A stretch of 64,000 nucleotides of DNA, from assembly GCA_049968315.1 (NCBI GenBank), contig JBMFRA010000007.1:4025-68024 (forward strand), given 5' to 3'. The notes beneath the pieces are model-generated. The model had not been told where the DNA came from. It was given only the letters and a program-made list of their open reading frames with translations, and made no database searches. This DNA is from Acidobacteriota bacterium. GTDB taxonomy: Bacteria > Acidobacteriota > UBA4820 > DSQY01. This document shows positions 19,929 to 29,086 of the stretch, piece after piece. A program made the translations under genes and the position numbers. How positions within the stretch are numbered: the first letter of the stretch is position 1; every line of letters starts with the position of its first letter.

Positions 19929-21199
19929 ACAAGGGAAAAACGGAAAACCTGGATCTGGCCAAGCTCCACGACATGAACCCGCAGGAGCTGATCAAGCTGG
20001 GGAAGGAGTACGAGGTGGAGAACCTCTCCTCCCTCAAGCGGCAGGAGCTGATCTTCCAGATCCTCAAGTCCCAGGCCGAGGCCAACGGCTTCATCTTCGC
20101 CGAGGGGGTTCTGGAGATCCTGCAGGACGGCTTCGGCTTCCTGAGGGCCCCGGAGTACAACTACCTGCCCGGCCCCGACGACATCTACGTCAGCCCCTCC
20201 CAGATCAAGAAGTTCGGGCTGAGGACGGGGGACACCATCTCGGGACAGGTGCGGCCCCCCAAGGAGGGCGAGAAGTACTTCGCCCTCATCAAGGTGGACG
20301 CCATCAACTTCGAGTCCCCCGTCAAGACCCGGGACCGGATGTGGTTCGACGCCCTGACCCCCATCTACCCCAACCGGCGGATTCGGCTGGAGACCACCCG
20401 CCAGGCCCTCTCCGGGCGGGTGCTGGACCTGGTGACGCCCATCGGCTTCGGCCAGCGGGGCCTCATCGTGGCGCCTCCCCGGACCGGCAAGACCATGCTC
20501 CTGCAGGCCATCGCCCACGCCATCACCGCCAACCACCCCGACGCCTATCTCCTGGTCCTCCTCATCGACGAGCGGCCGGAGGAGGTGACGGACATGCAGC
20601 GGTCGGTCAAGGGCGAGGTCCAGGCCTCCACCTTCGACGAGCCCCCCACCCGGCACGTGCAGGTGGCGGAGATGGTGATGGAGAAGGCCAAGCGCCTGGT
20701 GGAGCTGGGAAGGGACGTGGTGATCCTCCTCGACTCCATCACCCGCATGGCCCGGGCCTACAACACCGTCACACCCCCCTCGGGGAGGGTCCTCTCCGGC
20801 GGCCTCGACGCCAACGCCCTCCAGAAGCCCAAGCGCTTCTTCGGCGCCGCCCGGAACATCGAGGAGGGGGGCTCCCTCACCATCATCGCCACCGCCCTCA
20901 TCGACACCGGCTCCCGCATGGACGACGTGATCTTCGAAGAATTCAAGGGCACCGGCAACATGGAGATCCACCTCGACCGGAAGCTGGTGGACAAGCGCGT
21001 CTTCCCGGCCATCGACATCAACAAGTCCGGCACGCGGAAGGAGGAGCTCCTCACCAGCGAGTTCGAGCTGAACCGCATGTGGATCCTCCGGAAGATCCTC
21101 AACCCCCTCTCCACCGTGGAGGCCATGGAGCTCCTCATCGGGAAGCTCGGCGAGTTCGAATCCAACGAGGCCTTCCTCAAAGGCCTCTCGGGAGGCTGA
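19925..21199 (+). CDS. rho: transcription termination factor Rho
   Basis: 424 aa. Rho N-terminal and cold-shock-like domain (GFGFLR), Walker [12 protein letters not shown] overlap with the engB stop. Confidence 0.97.
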   Translation: MNKGKTENLDLAKLHDMNPQELIKLGKEYEVENLSSLKRQELIFQILKSQAEANGFIFAEGVLEILQDGFGFLRAPEYNYLPGPDDIYVSPSQIKKFGLRTGDTISGQVRPPKEGEKYFALIKVDAINFESPVKTRDRMWFDALTPIYPNRRIRLETTRQALSGRVLDLVTPIGFGQRGLIVAPPRTGKTMLLQAIAHAITANHPDAYLLVLLIDERPEEVTDMQRSVKGEVQASTFDEPPTRHVQVAEMVMEKAKRLVELGRDVVILLDSITRMARAYNTVTPPSGRVLSGGLDANALQKPKRFFGAARNIEEGGSLTIIATALIDTGSRMDDVIFEEFKGTGNMEIHLDRKLVDKRVFPAIDINKSGTRKEELLTSEFELNRMWILRKILNPLSTVEAMELLIGKLGEFESNEAFLKGLSGG

Positions 21200-21501
21200 G
21201 GCCCCGGGGGCGAGGGGCGGGCCCGCCGTCCCTCGCCCTCCACTCCCTTCTGCGCGGGGGAGCCCTCCCGGGTCTGGGTCCGCGCGCGGAGAAAGCGGTT
21301 CGGGCACCGCTTCTGGGGTGGCGCCTAAAACCAACGGAAGACCGGGTCCGTGTGGTGCTGGCCGTTCGGCTCCAACGGGCGGGGTAAAGGCCGGTCCTTG
21401 GCCCGGCCCATGGAAGAAGCCATAATGGAGGTGGGGAGAGGGGGCCTCCGGGCCCCCGAACCCCGCCTTTCGGGCTTTCGCCCCAGGGGAGGAGAGATCC
21501 C

Positions 21502-23184
21502 ATGTTCACTACCCGCTCGGCCCTCGCGTGGACTTTCGGGGCCCTTCTGGCCCTGGCCGCCGCCGCCCAGACCCCGCCGGGTACGGTTCTCAAGGAGCTT
21601 CCGCTGGCCCTCAAGACGCCCACGGGCCTCGCCTGGGACGGCGAGAACCTCTGGGTGGCCGACCTCGAGAGCGCCACACTCAGCGCCGTGGACCCGGAGA
21701 CCGGGCACGTCCGTCGGACCCTGGAAGCTCCCGGTTCCCTGCCCATGGGGCTCGCCTGGGACGGGAGCCGCCTCTGGGTGGTGGACGGGGCCGACAAGAC
21801 GGCCTACGCCCTCAACCCCGCCACCGGCATCACCGAGCGGGCCCTCCCGCTGGACACGGACAACCCCGAAGGGATTGGCTGGGACGGGAAGGACCTCTGG
21901 ACGCTGGACGCCCGGGCGGGCCTCCTCGTCCGCCTGGATGAGAGCGACGGAACGACCTTCCGCTCCTTTCCCTGCCCCACCTGCGGCGGCGGCCGGAAGG
22001 GCCAGGAGATCGGCCTGGCCTTCGACGGGAGGAGCCTCTTCGTCAGCGACCGGACCACCGACACCATCTACCGGGTGGACCCCGCAAGCGGCGCGGTCCT
22101 CGACGACTTCCCCAGCCCCGGGCCTTACCCCGCGGGCTTGGCATGGGACGGCGAGGCGCTCTGGAACGTGGACTTCGAGACCCGGAGCCTCTACCGGCTG
22201 GCGGCGCGGCAGTCGGTCCCCTACGTCCGGCGGGATCCGCGGCCGGAGCGGGTGAGCTACACCGAGGCGTGGCGGAACCTCGGCCCGGGTACCGTCACCC
22301 GCCTGGAAGTGGTCATGGCCCTTCCCCAGGACCTGCCCAACCAGGCCCTGGCGGGACCGCCGGTCTTCACGCCGCCCCCTCGGGACTTCCCCGTGGACCG
22401 CTGGGGCCAGAAGTGCGCCCGGTGGGTCTTCGAGAATGTGAAACCGGGGCAGGAGGTGCGGGCGCGGATGGACGTCCAGGCGGTCCTCTACAAGGTGCGC
22501 TGGTTCGTGGACCCCGACAAGGTGGGCCGCCTGGAGGACATTCCCGAAGAGGTCCGGAGGAGCTACACCCAGAACAACTCCAAGCTGGTCCTCGAGGACC
22601 CCGTCATCCAGCGGGCGGTGAAGGAGGCCCTGGGGGGGGAGACCAACCCGTACTGGATGGCGTGGAAGATCAACCGCTACATCCAGGAGAAGATGCACTA
22701 CGAGCTGGCGGGCGGCTGGAACGTGGCGCCCACGGTCCTCTCCCGGGGCTCCGGCTCCTGTTCCGAGTACACCTTCGTCATGCTGGCCCTGTGCCACGCG
22801 GCGGGTCTGCCGGCCCGGTACGCCGGCTCCGTGGTGGTCCGGGGAGACGACGCCAGCCGCGACGACGTCTTTCACCGGTGGGTGGAGGTCTACCTGCCCA
22901 ACTACGGGTGGTTCCCCGTGGACCCCTCGGGAGGCGACAGCCCCGTCCCCGCCGAGTCGGCCGCCATGTTCGGCGGCCTGGACAACCGCTTCCTCATCAC
23001 CACACTGGGGGCCGGGGACAGCGAACTCCTGGGGTGGGACTACAACAGCGCCGCCTCCTGGCAGGCCCGGGGGCGGGTCAAGCTGCTCCAGGAGAAGGCG
23101 GGCCTCTGGAGCCCGGCGGGGAAGAAGCAGGAGCGGCGCCCCGTGGGGGTGGCCGGCGGCCTCACCTGTGAGCCGGGGAGCTGA
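21502..23184 (+). CDS. secreted fusion protein: five-repeat beta-propeller (glutaminyl-cyclase-like) plus transglutaminase-like Cys protease core
   Basis: Signal peptide, then five repeats of about 42 aa of the type P.GLAWDG..LWV.D. C-terminal half has transglutaminase-core residues GSCSEYTF (Cys), HRWVEVY (His) and FPVDPS (Asp). SD GGGGAGGAG upstream. Confidence 0.8.
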   Translation: MFTTRSALAWTFGALLALAAAAQTPPGTVLKELPLALKTPTGLAWDGENLWVADLESATLSAVDPETGHVRRTLEAPGSLPMGLAWDGSRLWVVDGADKTAYALNPATGITERALPLDTDNPEGIGWDGKDLWTLDARAGLLVRLDESDGTTFRSFPCPTCGGGRKGQEIGLAFDGRSLFVSDRTTDTIYRVDPASGAVLDDFPSPGPYPAGLAWDGEALWNVDFETRSLYRLAARQSVPYVRRDPRPERVSYTEAWRNLGPGTVTRLEVVMALPQDLPNQALAGPPVFTPPPRDFPVDRWGQKCARWVFENVKPGQEVRARMDVQAVLYKVRWFVDPDKVGRLEDIPEEVRRSYTQNNSKLVLEDPVIQRAVKEALGGETNPYWMAWKINRYIQEKMHYELAGGWNVAPTVLSRGSGSCSEYTFVMLALCHAAGLPARYAGSVVVRGDDASRDDVFHRWVEVYLPNYGWFPVDPSGGDSPVPAESAAMFGGLDNRFLITTLGAGDSELLGWDYNSAASWQARGRVKLLQEKAGLWSPAGKKQERRPVGVAGGLTCEPGS

Positions 23185-23198
23185 GGGGGGCCGGGGGG

Positions 23199-24386
23199 TC
23201 AGCGCCCCCGTTTGGCCAGGAGGACGAAGGCCCCCATGGCCAGGAATCCCGCCAGGGTGAAGGCGGCGGCGGTGCCGTAGGCCCAGGCCCTGCCAACGTG
23301 GTCCAGAAGCCAGCCGGTGAGGACGCTGGAGGCGAGGTCCCCCACGGCGTTGGCGGTGGCCAGCAGGCCCAGGGCGTAGGTGCGGGCCTCCTCGCCGATC
23401 ATCCGGGCCGCCGTGGCCTTTTCCACCGTCTCCTCGACGGCGATGTAGACCCCGCTGAGGAGGAAGAGGGGGGGGAGCAGCCAGAGGGTCCCCGGCAGGA
23501 AGGCCATCCCCAGGTTGAAGAGGACCCCCAGCCCGTAGCCCAGGAGGAGGGTGAAGCCGGGGGAGGCCCGGTCGGTGAGGGCGCCGGCGGGGAAGGTGGC
23601 CAGGCCGCTCACGGCGTTGTGGAAGACGTACAGGAGGACCGGCACCGACAGCAGCAGGCCCCCGCCGGGGGGAAGGCGCCGGGCGGCCTCGAGGATGAGG
23701 AAGGTCCGGGAAAAATCCCCCAGGCCGAAGAGGAGGACCGCCCCCAAAAAGAGCCAGTAGGCGGGGGGGAGCGAAGGCCTCGCCGGCCTCTGGCGGAGGG
23801 GCCCCTGGGGCGGCCTCTCCCCGACGAGGACCACCACCGAGAGAACCGCCAGCACCCCCGGGATGGTGGTGATGAGGAAGATCGCCGGCAGGTGGAGGGA
23901 GAGTCCCAGGAAGAGGGCCGCCAGCAGGGGGCCGGCCACGGCACCGGCCATGTCCCCCGCCCGCTCCAGGCCGTAGGCCTTGCCGTAGGCCGACGGCTCC
24001 ACCGCCTCGGCCATCAGGGCGTCCCGGAGGGGGCCCCGGAAGCCCCGCCCGATCCAGGCCAGGGTCCTCAGGAGGACGAAGGGGAGGGCGGAGGCGGCGA
24101 AGGCGAAGGCGCCCACGCAGAGGGTGGTCACCAGGTAGCCGAGGGCCACCCACCCCTTCCGCCTCTCCATCCGCTGGCCCGCCACCCCGGCCCAGTACTT
24201 GGCCGCCGAGGCGAAGACGTCCGAGAGGCCCTCCACCCAGCCGAGGACCGACGCCCCCAACCCCAGCTGTTGCAGGTAGAGGGGCAGGACCGCCGTGGCC
24301 ATCTCGTGGCTGGAATCGGAAAAAAAGCTCGCCAACGAAAAGCCGAGGACCGTTCGGTTGCGGAACGGGGACGACCTTCCGCCCAT
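23199..24386 (-). CDS. MFS transporter
   Basis: 395 aa with about 12 predicted TM helices and a typical MFS loop (GQRMERRKG). Confidence 0.85.
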   Translation of the reverse strand: MGGRSSPFRNRTVLGFSLASFFSDSSHEMATAVLPLYLQQLGLGASVLGWVEGLSDVFASAAKYWAGVAGQRMERRKGWVALGYLVTTLCVGAFAFAASALPFVLLRTLAWIGRGFRGPLRDALMAEAVEPSAYGKAYGLERAGDMAGAVAGPLLAALFLGLSLHLPAIFLITTIPGVLAVLSVVVLVGERPPQGPLRQRPARPSLPPAYWLFLGAVLLFGLGDFSRTFLILEAARRLPPGGGLLLSVPVLLYVFHNAVSGLATFPAGALTDRASPGFTLLLGYGLGVLFNLGMAFLPGTLWLLPPLFLLSGVYIAVEETVEKATAARMIGEEARTYALGLLATANAVGDLASSVLTGWLLDHVGRAWAYGTAAAFTLAGFLAMGAFVLLAKRGR

Positions 24387-24441
24387 GGGGCCTCCTCACC
24401 GAACCGGGGGGGAGGGGCAGAGCCCCTCCCCCCGGGCGGTC

Positions 24442-25956
24442 CTACTCCACCTTGACGATCTTGTCGGTGTCGATCTGGGCCCGCTGCAGGGTTCCGGAGA
24501 AGTCCACGTAGATGGCCTTCCACTCGGAGAAGAGGTCGAGGGCCTCCTTGCCCCCTTCCCGGTGGCCGTTGCCCGTCTGCTTCACGCCGCCGAAGGGGAG
24601 GTGGTTCTCGGCGCCGATGGTGGGGGCGTTGACGTAGAAGAGGCCCGTGTGCACGTCCCGCATGGCCCTGAAGGCCGCGTTCACGTCCCGGGTGTAGATG
24701 GAGCCCGAGAGGCCGTAGAGGCAGTCGTTCTGGAGGGCGATGGCCTCGTCGAGGGTCTTGAAGGGGACCACCGAGAGGACGGGGCCGAAGATCTCCTCCC
24801 GGAAGATCCGCATGGAAGGCTTCACATCGGCGAAGACCGTCGGCTCCATGAAGAACCCCTTGTCGTACTTCTTGCCGGTGAGGCGCTTGCCGCCGCAGAG
24901 GAGCTTGGCCCCCTCCTTCTTCCCGATGGCGACGTAGTCGAGGTCGGTCTGGAGCTGGTTGGCATCCACGGCGGGGCCCATCTCCGTGGACTCGTCCAGG
25001 CCGTTGCCCACCTTGAGGGCCTTGGCCCGCTTCACCAGGGCATCGAGGAACTTCTTGTAGACGCCCCGCTGGACCAGGCACCGGCTGGTGGCGGTGCACC
25101 GCTGGCCGGTGGTGCCGAAGGCACCCCAGAGAACGCCGTCCACCGCCAGTTCGAGGTCGGCGTCGTCCATGACGATGACGGCGTTCTTCCCCCCCATTTC
25201 CAGCCCGACCCGCTTGAAGTCCTTGGCGCAGGCCAGGTTGATCTGGCGCCCCACCTCCGTGGAGCCGGTGAAGGAGACCAGGGAGACGCCGGGGTGCTCG
25301 CAGAGGGGGGTGCCCACCTTTCGGCCGGAGCCGGTGACGTAGTTGATGACGCCCTTGGGGAAGCCCACCTCCTCGGCGCCCTTCACCAGGTTCCAGACGG
25401 AGAGGGGGGTCAGGGTGGCGGGCTTGATGACCACCGTGTTGCCGCACACCAGCGCCGGCATCATCTTCCAGGTGGGGATGGCCATGGGGAAGTTCCAGGG
25501 GGTGATGAGGGCGCAGACGCCGATGGGCTGGCGGACGGTCATGGCGAACTTGTTGGGCAATTCCGAAGGGGTGGTCTCGCCGTACATCCGGCGCCCCTCG
25601 CCGCCCCAGTAGAGCGAGCAGTCGATCCCCTCCTGGACGTCGCCCCGGGTTTCGGCCAGGATCTTGCCCATCTCCCGCGTGGCGTCCCGGGCCAGGCGCT
25701 CCTTGTTCTCCTTCAGCCAGAGGCCCAGCTTCATCACCAGCTCGGCGCGCTTGGGGGCCGGGACCAGCCGCCACTTCTCGAAGGCGGCCTTGGCGGCGGC
25801 GACAGCGGCCTCGACGTCCCGCTCGTCGCTGTCCTGGAAGTACCCGATGACGTCGTCGGTGTCGGCGGGGTTGACGTTGGGGAAGGTCTTTCCGGTGGCC
25901 GAGGCCACCCACTGGCCATCGATGTAGTTTTTGAAGACCGGCGGTTTCTTCGCCAT
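24442..25956 (-). CDS. NAD(P)-dependent aldehyde dehydrogenase
   Basis: ALDH motifs [22 protein letters not shown] and catalytic GQRCTA. ATG 25956 follows SD GGAGG. Confidence 0.93.
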   Translation of the reverse strand: MAKKPPVFKNYIDGQWVASATGKTFPNVNPADTDDVIGYFQDSDERDVEAAVAAAKAAFEKWRLVPAPKRAELVMKLGLWLKENKERLARDATREMGKILAETRGDVQEGIDCSLYWGGEGRRMYGETTPSELPNKFAMTVRQPIGVCALITPWNFPMAIPTWKMMPALVCGNTVVIKPATLTPLSVWNLVKGAEEVGFPKGVINYVTGSGRKVGTPLCEHPGVSLVSFTGSTEVGRQINLACAKDFKRVGLEMGGKNAVIVMDDADLELAVDGVLWGAFGTTGQRCTATSRCLVQRGVYKKFLDALVKRAKALKVGNGLDESTEMGPAVDANQLQTDLDYVAIGKKEGAKLLCGGKRLTGKKYDKGFFMEPTVFADVKPSMRIFREEIFGPVLSVVPFKTLDEAIALQNDCLYGLSGSIYTRDVNAAFRAMRDVHTGLFYVNAPTIGAENHLPFGGVKQTGNGHREGGKEALDLFSEWKAIYVDFSGTLQRAQIDTDKIVKVE

Positions 25957-26067
25957 GGCGAGCCTCCATAGGGTATTCGGGGAGGGTCCCCCCCTCGAGA
26001 GGGCCATACTACCAGGGGGAAGGACCCCGGGTCAAAGACGGGCGGGGTGGTGGGCCGGCGGGCCGCC

Positions 26068-26796
26068 TCAGGGGCCGAGGAAGGCGAGGGCCTCGGCGGC
26101 CACCGCCTCCAGGACGGCCCCCGCCTCCGAGCGCCAGGAGCGGTGGCAGAGGGGGGTGAGGGGCGTCTCCTCGGGGTTCACCTCCCAGAGGGCCGCACCG
26201 TTTCTCGCGGCGATCCGCGCCAGGCTGGCCGCCGGTTCCACCTGGGCGGAGGTCCCCACCACCAGGAAGAGCGCCGAGGATTCGGCGGCGGCCAGCGCCC
26301 GGCCGAAGACCCCCTCGGGGAGGACCTCTCCGAACCAGACCACCGCCGGCCGGAGCATGGCCCCGCAGGCGGGACAGTGGGGCGGGAGCTCCGGCAGGGG
26401 GACCCGGCGGTCCTCCCGCTCCTCGCCGCACCGGGTGCACCGGACCCTCCAGAGGCTCCCGTGGATCTCCAGGAGGTTCCGGCTTCCGGCCAGGGCGTGG
26501 AGGCCGTCCACGTTCTGGGTGGCGAGGGTGAAGCGATCCGGCCCCAGGGCCTCCTCCAGCCGGGCCAGGGCCCGGTGGCCGGCGTTGGGGGAGCAGGCCG
26601 CGGCCTGGCGCCGCCGGGCTTCGTAGAACCCCCACACCCGCCGGGGATCCTTGGCGAAGCCCCAGGGGGTGGCCACCTCCTCGATGGGGACCTTCTCCCA
26701 GAGCCCGCCCATGCCCCGGAAGGTGGCGATTCCGCTCTCGGCGGAGATCCCGGCGCCCGTCAGAACGGCGAGAGACCGGCCCTCAGCGTCGCCCAT
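26068..26796 (-). CDS. cobB: NAD-dependent protein deacylase (Sir2/CobB family)
   Basis: GAGISAESGIATFRG, QNVDGLH and zinc ribbon CTRCG...CPACG. The start at 26796 overlaps the tsaC end by 14 nt. Confidence 0.9.
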   Translation of the reverse strand: MGDAEGRSLAVLTGAGISAESGIATFRGMGGLWEKVPIEEVATPWGFAKDPRRVWGFYEARRRQAAACSPNAGHRALARLEEALGPDRFTLATQNVDGLHALAGSRNLLEIHGSLWRVRCTRCGEEREDRRVPLPELPPHCPACGAMLRPAVVWFGEVLPEGVFGRALAAAESSALFLVVGTSAQVEPAASLARIAARNGAALWEVNPEETPLTPLCHRSWRSEAGAVLEAVAAEALAFLGP

Positions 26797-27406
26797 ACCA
26801 CACCTCCACGAGTTCCGCCTCCGAAAGGGGGCCCCTCCGTAGCAGCCGCGGCGCTTCACCGGTGGCCTCCACCACCGTGGAGGCCGTACCCCCCGGCGAG
26901 GGCCCTCCGTCCACCACCAGCAGGTCCTCCCCGGAGAAGGTGGCGGCCACCTCCTCCGCGGTGAGGGCCTCGGGGCCTCCGCTCCGGTTGGCGCTGGTCA
27001 CGGCGAGCCACCCCGTGGCCTCCAGGAGGGCCAGGGCCACCCCATGGCGGGGGACCCGAAGGGCCGTGGTGGATAGACCGGGTGCGAACCAGGAGGGAAG
27101 GAGGGGGGGCCTCGGCAGGACGAGGGTCAGGGGGCCGGGCCAGAAGCGAAGCGCCAGGCGCCACGCCCCTTCGGGGAAGGAGAAGCCGTACCCCTCGGCC
27201 CGGGAGAGGGAGGGGACCAGCACCGGCAGGGCCTTCTCGACGGGCCTTCTCTTCAGGCGGAGGATCCGGTGGGTGCCGGCGGGGTTTTCGAGGGAGGCGG
27301 CCAAGCCGTAAACCGTGTCGGTGGGCAGGGCCACCACCCCCCCGCGGGCCAGGTGGGCCAGGGCCAGCTCCAGCCAGCGGGGATCGGAGGCGCCAACGGT
27401 CGCCAC
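26783..27406 (-). CDS. tsaC: L-threonylcarbamoyladenylate synthase (YrdC/TsaC/Sua5 family)
   Basis: YrdC-domain motifs LPTDTVYGLAAS, RLKRRPVEKALPVLV, WPGPLTLVL and SANRSG. GTG start. Confidence 0.88.
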   Translation of the reverse strand: MATVGASDPRWLELALAHLARGGVVALPTDTVYGLAASLENPAGTHRILRLKRRPVEKALPVLVPSLSRAEGYGFSFPEGAWRLALRFWPGPLTLVLPRPPLLPSWFAPGLSTTALRVPRHGVALALLEATGWLAVTSANRSGGPEALTAEEVAATFSGEDLLVVDGGPSPGGTASTVVEATGEAPRLLRRGPLSEAELVEVWYGRR

Positions 27407-27418
27407 CCTCCGCCTCCG

Positions 27419-27916
27419 TCAATCCCGGGGAAGGGCGCGGTCCTTCTCCAGGACCTCCCGCCGCATCCGCTCCCGGGCTTCCCGCAGGGCCTCCCCCAGG
27501 GCGGGGCGGGAAAGGGCCAGGATCTGAACCGCCAGTACGGCGGCGTTCTGGGCGCCGTTGACCGCCACCGTCGCCACCGGAAGGCCCGGGGGCATCATCA
27601 CGGTGGAGAGGAGGGCGTCCTGTCCGTTGAAGGGGCCGGAGGCCAGGGGAATCCCGATGACGGGACGGACGGTTCGGGCCGCCACCGCCCCGGCCAGGTG
27701 GGCCGCCATGCCGGCGGCGGCGATGAAGACCTCCACCCCTTCCCGCTCGCATTCTGTGACGAAGGCGGCCGTCTCCTCGGGGGTGCGGTGGGCCGAAAGG
27801 ATCCTCACCGCGAAGGGGACGGAAAAGGACTTCAAGGCCTTGAGGCAGGGCTCCAGGAGGGGGGCGTCGGAGGCGCTTCCCATCAGCACGGCGACGAGGG
27901 GCCTTTCGGTTGCCAT
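27419..27916 (-). CDS. purE: 5-(carboxyamino)imidazole ribonucleotide mutase
   Basis: MGSASD, SAHRTP and AAGMAAHLAG. SD AAGGAGA upstream. Confidence 0.95.
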   Translation of the reverse strand: MATERPLVAVLMGSASDAPLLEPCLKALKSFSVPFAVRILSAHRTPEETAAFVTECEREGVEVFIAAAGMAAHLAGAVAARTVRPVIGIPLASGPFNGQDALLSTVMMPPGLPVATVAVNGAQNAAVLAVQILALSRPALGEALREARERMRREVLEKDRALPRD

Positions 27917-27975
27917 GGGCTCTCCTTTCCTAACCCAGTATACGGAAGGGGCTCCGCCGGCCCAAGGGGGACCGC

Positions 27976-28287
27976 TTGACCCGGGGCCGTTCCTTCGCCA
28001 TCCTTTCGGGGGAGGCGGACGTGGGACCCGGGGAGGACCACCGCCACTGCCGGGAACTTTTCGAACGGCTCTGCGCCGCGGCGGAGGGGGAGGATCCTCC
28101 CTGCGCCGAACTGGCCGCCCACCTCCGCTCCTGCGAGCCCTGCCGGAAGGTCCTGGAGTCGCTGGAGGCCACGCGAAAGACCCTCGCCGCCTACGGCTCC
28201 TCGCCGGCCTTCCCGCCGGGAGAGGGCCGGGCGCTCCTGGAGGAGTGCCTCAGGAAGCTCCGGGAGGCGGGCCATTCCGGAGCCTGA
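27976..28287 (+). CDS. putative ZAS-type (zf-HC2, RsrA-like) anti-sigma factor domain protein; start uncertain
   Basis: HxxxCxxC motif (HLRSCEPC) preceded by HCRELFERLC and PPC. About 100 aa, no TM helix. G/C third-position bias supports this frame up to about 28280. Confidence 0.55.
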   Translation: MTRGRSFAILSGEADVGPGEDHRHCRELFERLCAAAEGEDPPCAELAAHLRSCEPCRKVLESLEATRKTLAAYGSSPAFPPGEGRALLEECLRKLREAGHSGA

Positions 28288-28426
28288 AACCGCCCCGGTC
28301 CAAGAGGCCGCGGGCCCCGCTGGCCGGCCGTGGCCGCTCCTCCTGCTGCTGGCCGCGCCGCTCCTCCTCTTCCACCTCCTCCTGCCCCTGGTCCAGCCCC
28401 TGGGCACCACACCCGCGTCCCTCCTG

Positions 28427-29086
28427 TTGCCCGCCGCGGCCTTCCTGCTCCCCGCCCTCCTCTGGGGAGCCCGCCGGGGGAGCTGGGGGGCGGTCTTTCC
28501 CCTGAAGCCCGTTCCCTTCCAGGTTCTCCTCCGGGCGGCAGCCCTGGCGGCGGGGGCCTCCCTGGCGGCCCTGGCGGCGGCGGCCCTCCTCACCCGGCTC
28601 TTCCCCTCATCGGGGCAGGAGGAGGAGGCGCTCCGGCGCCTCATCCAGTCGGTGCCCCCCGGGGAAGCGCTCCTCCTCTTCGCCCTCTGGCCCGCCCTCT
28701 GCGAGGAGGCCCTCTTCCGCGGCGCCCTCCTCGACGGGCTTCGGGGCTTTCCGCCGGCCGCCGCCTGCCTCCTCTCCGGCGGGGTCTTCGGCCTCTTCCA
28801 CGGATCCCTCTTCCGCTTCCTCCCCGTGGCCCTTCTGGGGGCGGCCCTGGCGGCGGTGGTCCTGCGGACGGGGAACTGGGCGCTGGCGGTCCTCTTCCAC
28901 GCCCTGCACAACGGGGCCATCCTGCTCTCGTCCGCCCCCCCCGGCGCGGGAGAGCCGCCATTCCTGCTCCCCGCCCTCCTGGCGGTGCTCCTCGGGTTCT
29001 GGGGGTTGGGTCCTTACCCCCGGAGAAAGATGGGGGGAAAGGGGGAGGCGGTGAAGGAGGAGGGGCCTCCGTCCCTCCCGTCCTAA
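28427..29086 (+). CDS. CPBP family intramembrane glutamic endopeptidase; true start probably upstream of 28427
   Basis: CPBP motifs EEALFRG, FGLFH and HALHN. 28427 (TTG) is the first canonical start, but the same frame stays coding-like and encodes a TM helix from about 28274 (see finding). Confidence 0.8.
   Translation: MPAAAFLLPALLWGARRGSWGAVFPLKPVPFQVLLRAAALAAGASLAALAAAALLTRLFPSSGQEEEALRRLIQSVPPGEALLLFALWPALCEEALFRGALLDGLRGFPPAAACLLSGGVFGLFHGSLFRFLPVALLGAALAAVVLRTGNWALAVLFHALHNGAILLSSAPPGAGEPPFLLPALLAVLLGFWGLGPYPRRKMGGKGEAVKEEGPPSLPS

Noticed and set aside
21290-21420. SRP RNA, 6S RNA or c-di-GMP riboswitch in the rho-downstream gap
   Set aside because: I could not find the conserved SRP helix-8 motif or GEMM-type conserved nucleotides. 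The region is kept only as an unexplained structured region, not as a named RNA.
23185-23198. Terminator hairpin between the convergent transglutaminase and MFS genes
   Set aside because: Only a short G5/C5 pairing with no T-tract; too weak to call.
21325-24399. 1024-aa minus-strand ORF covering the transglutaminase gene and the MFS gene
   Set aside because: It has shadow-frame composition. The real genes are 21502-23184 (+) and, in a different minus-strand frame, 23199-24386 (MFS transporter).
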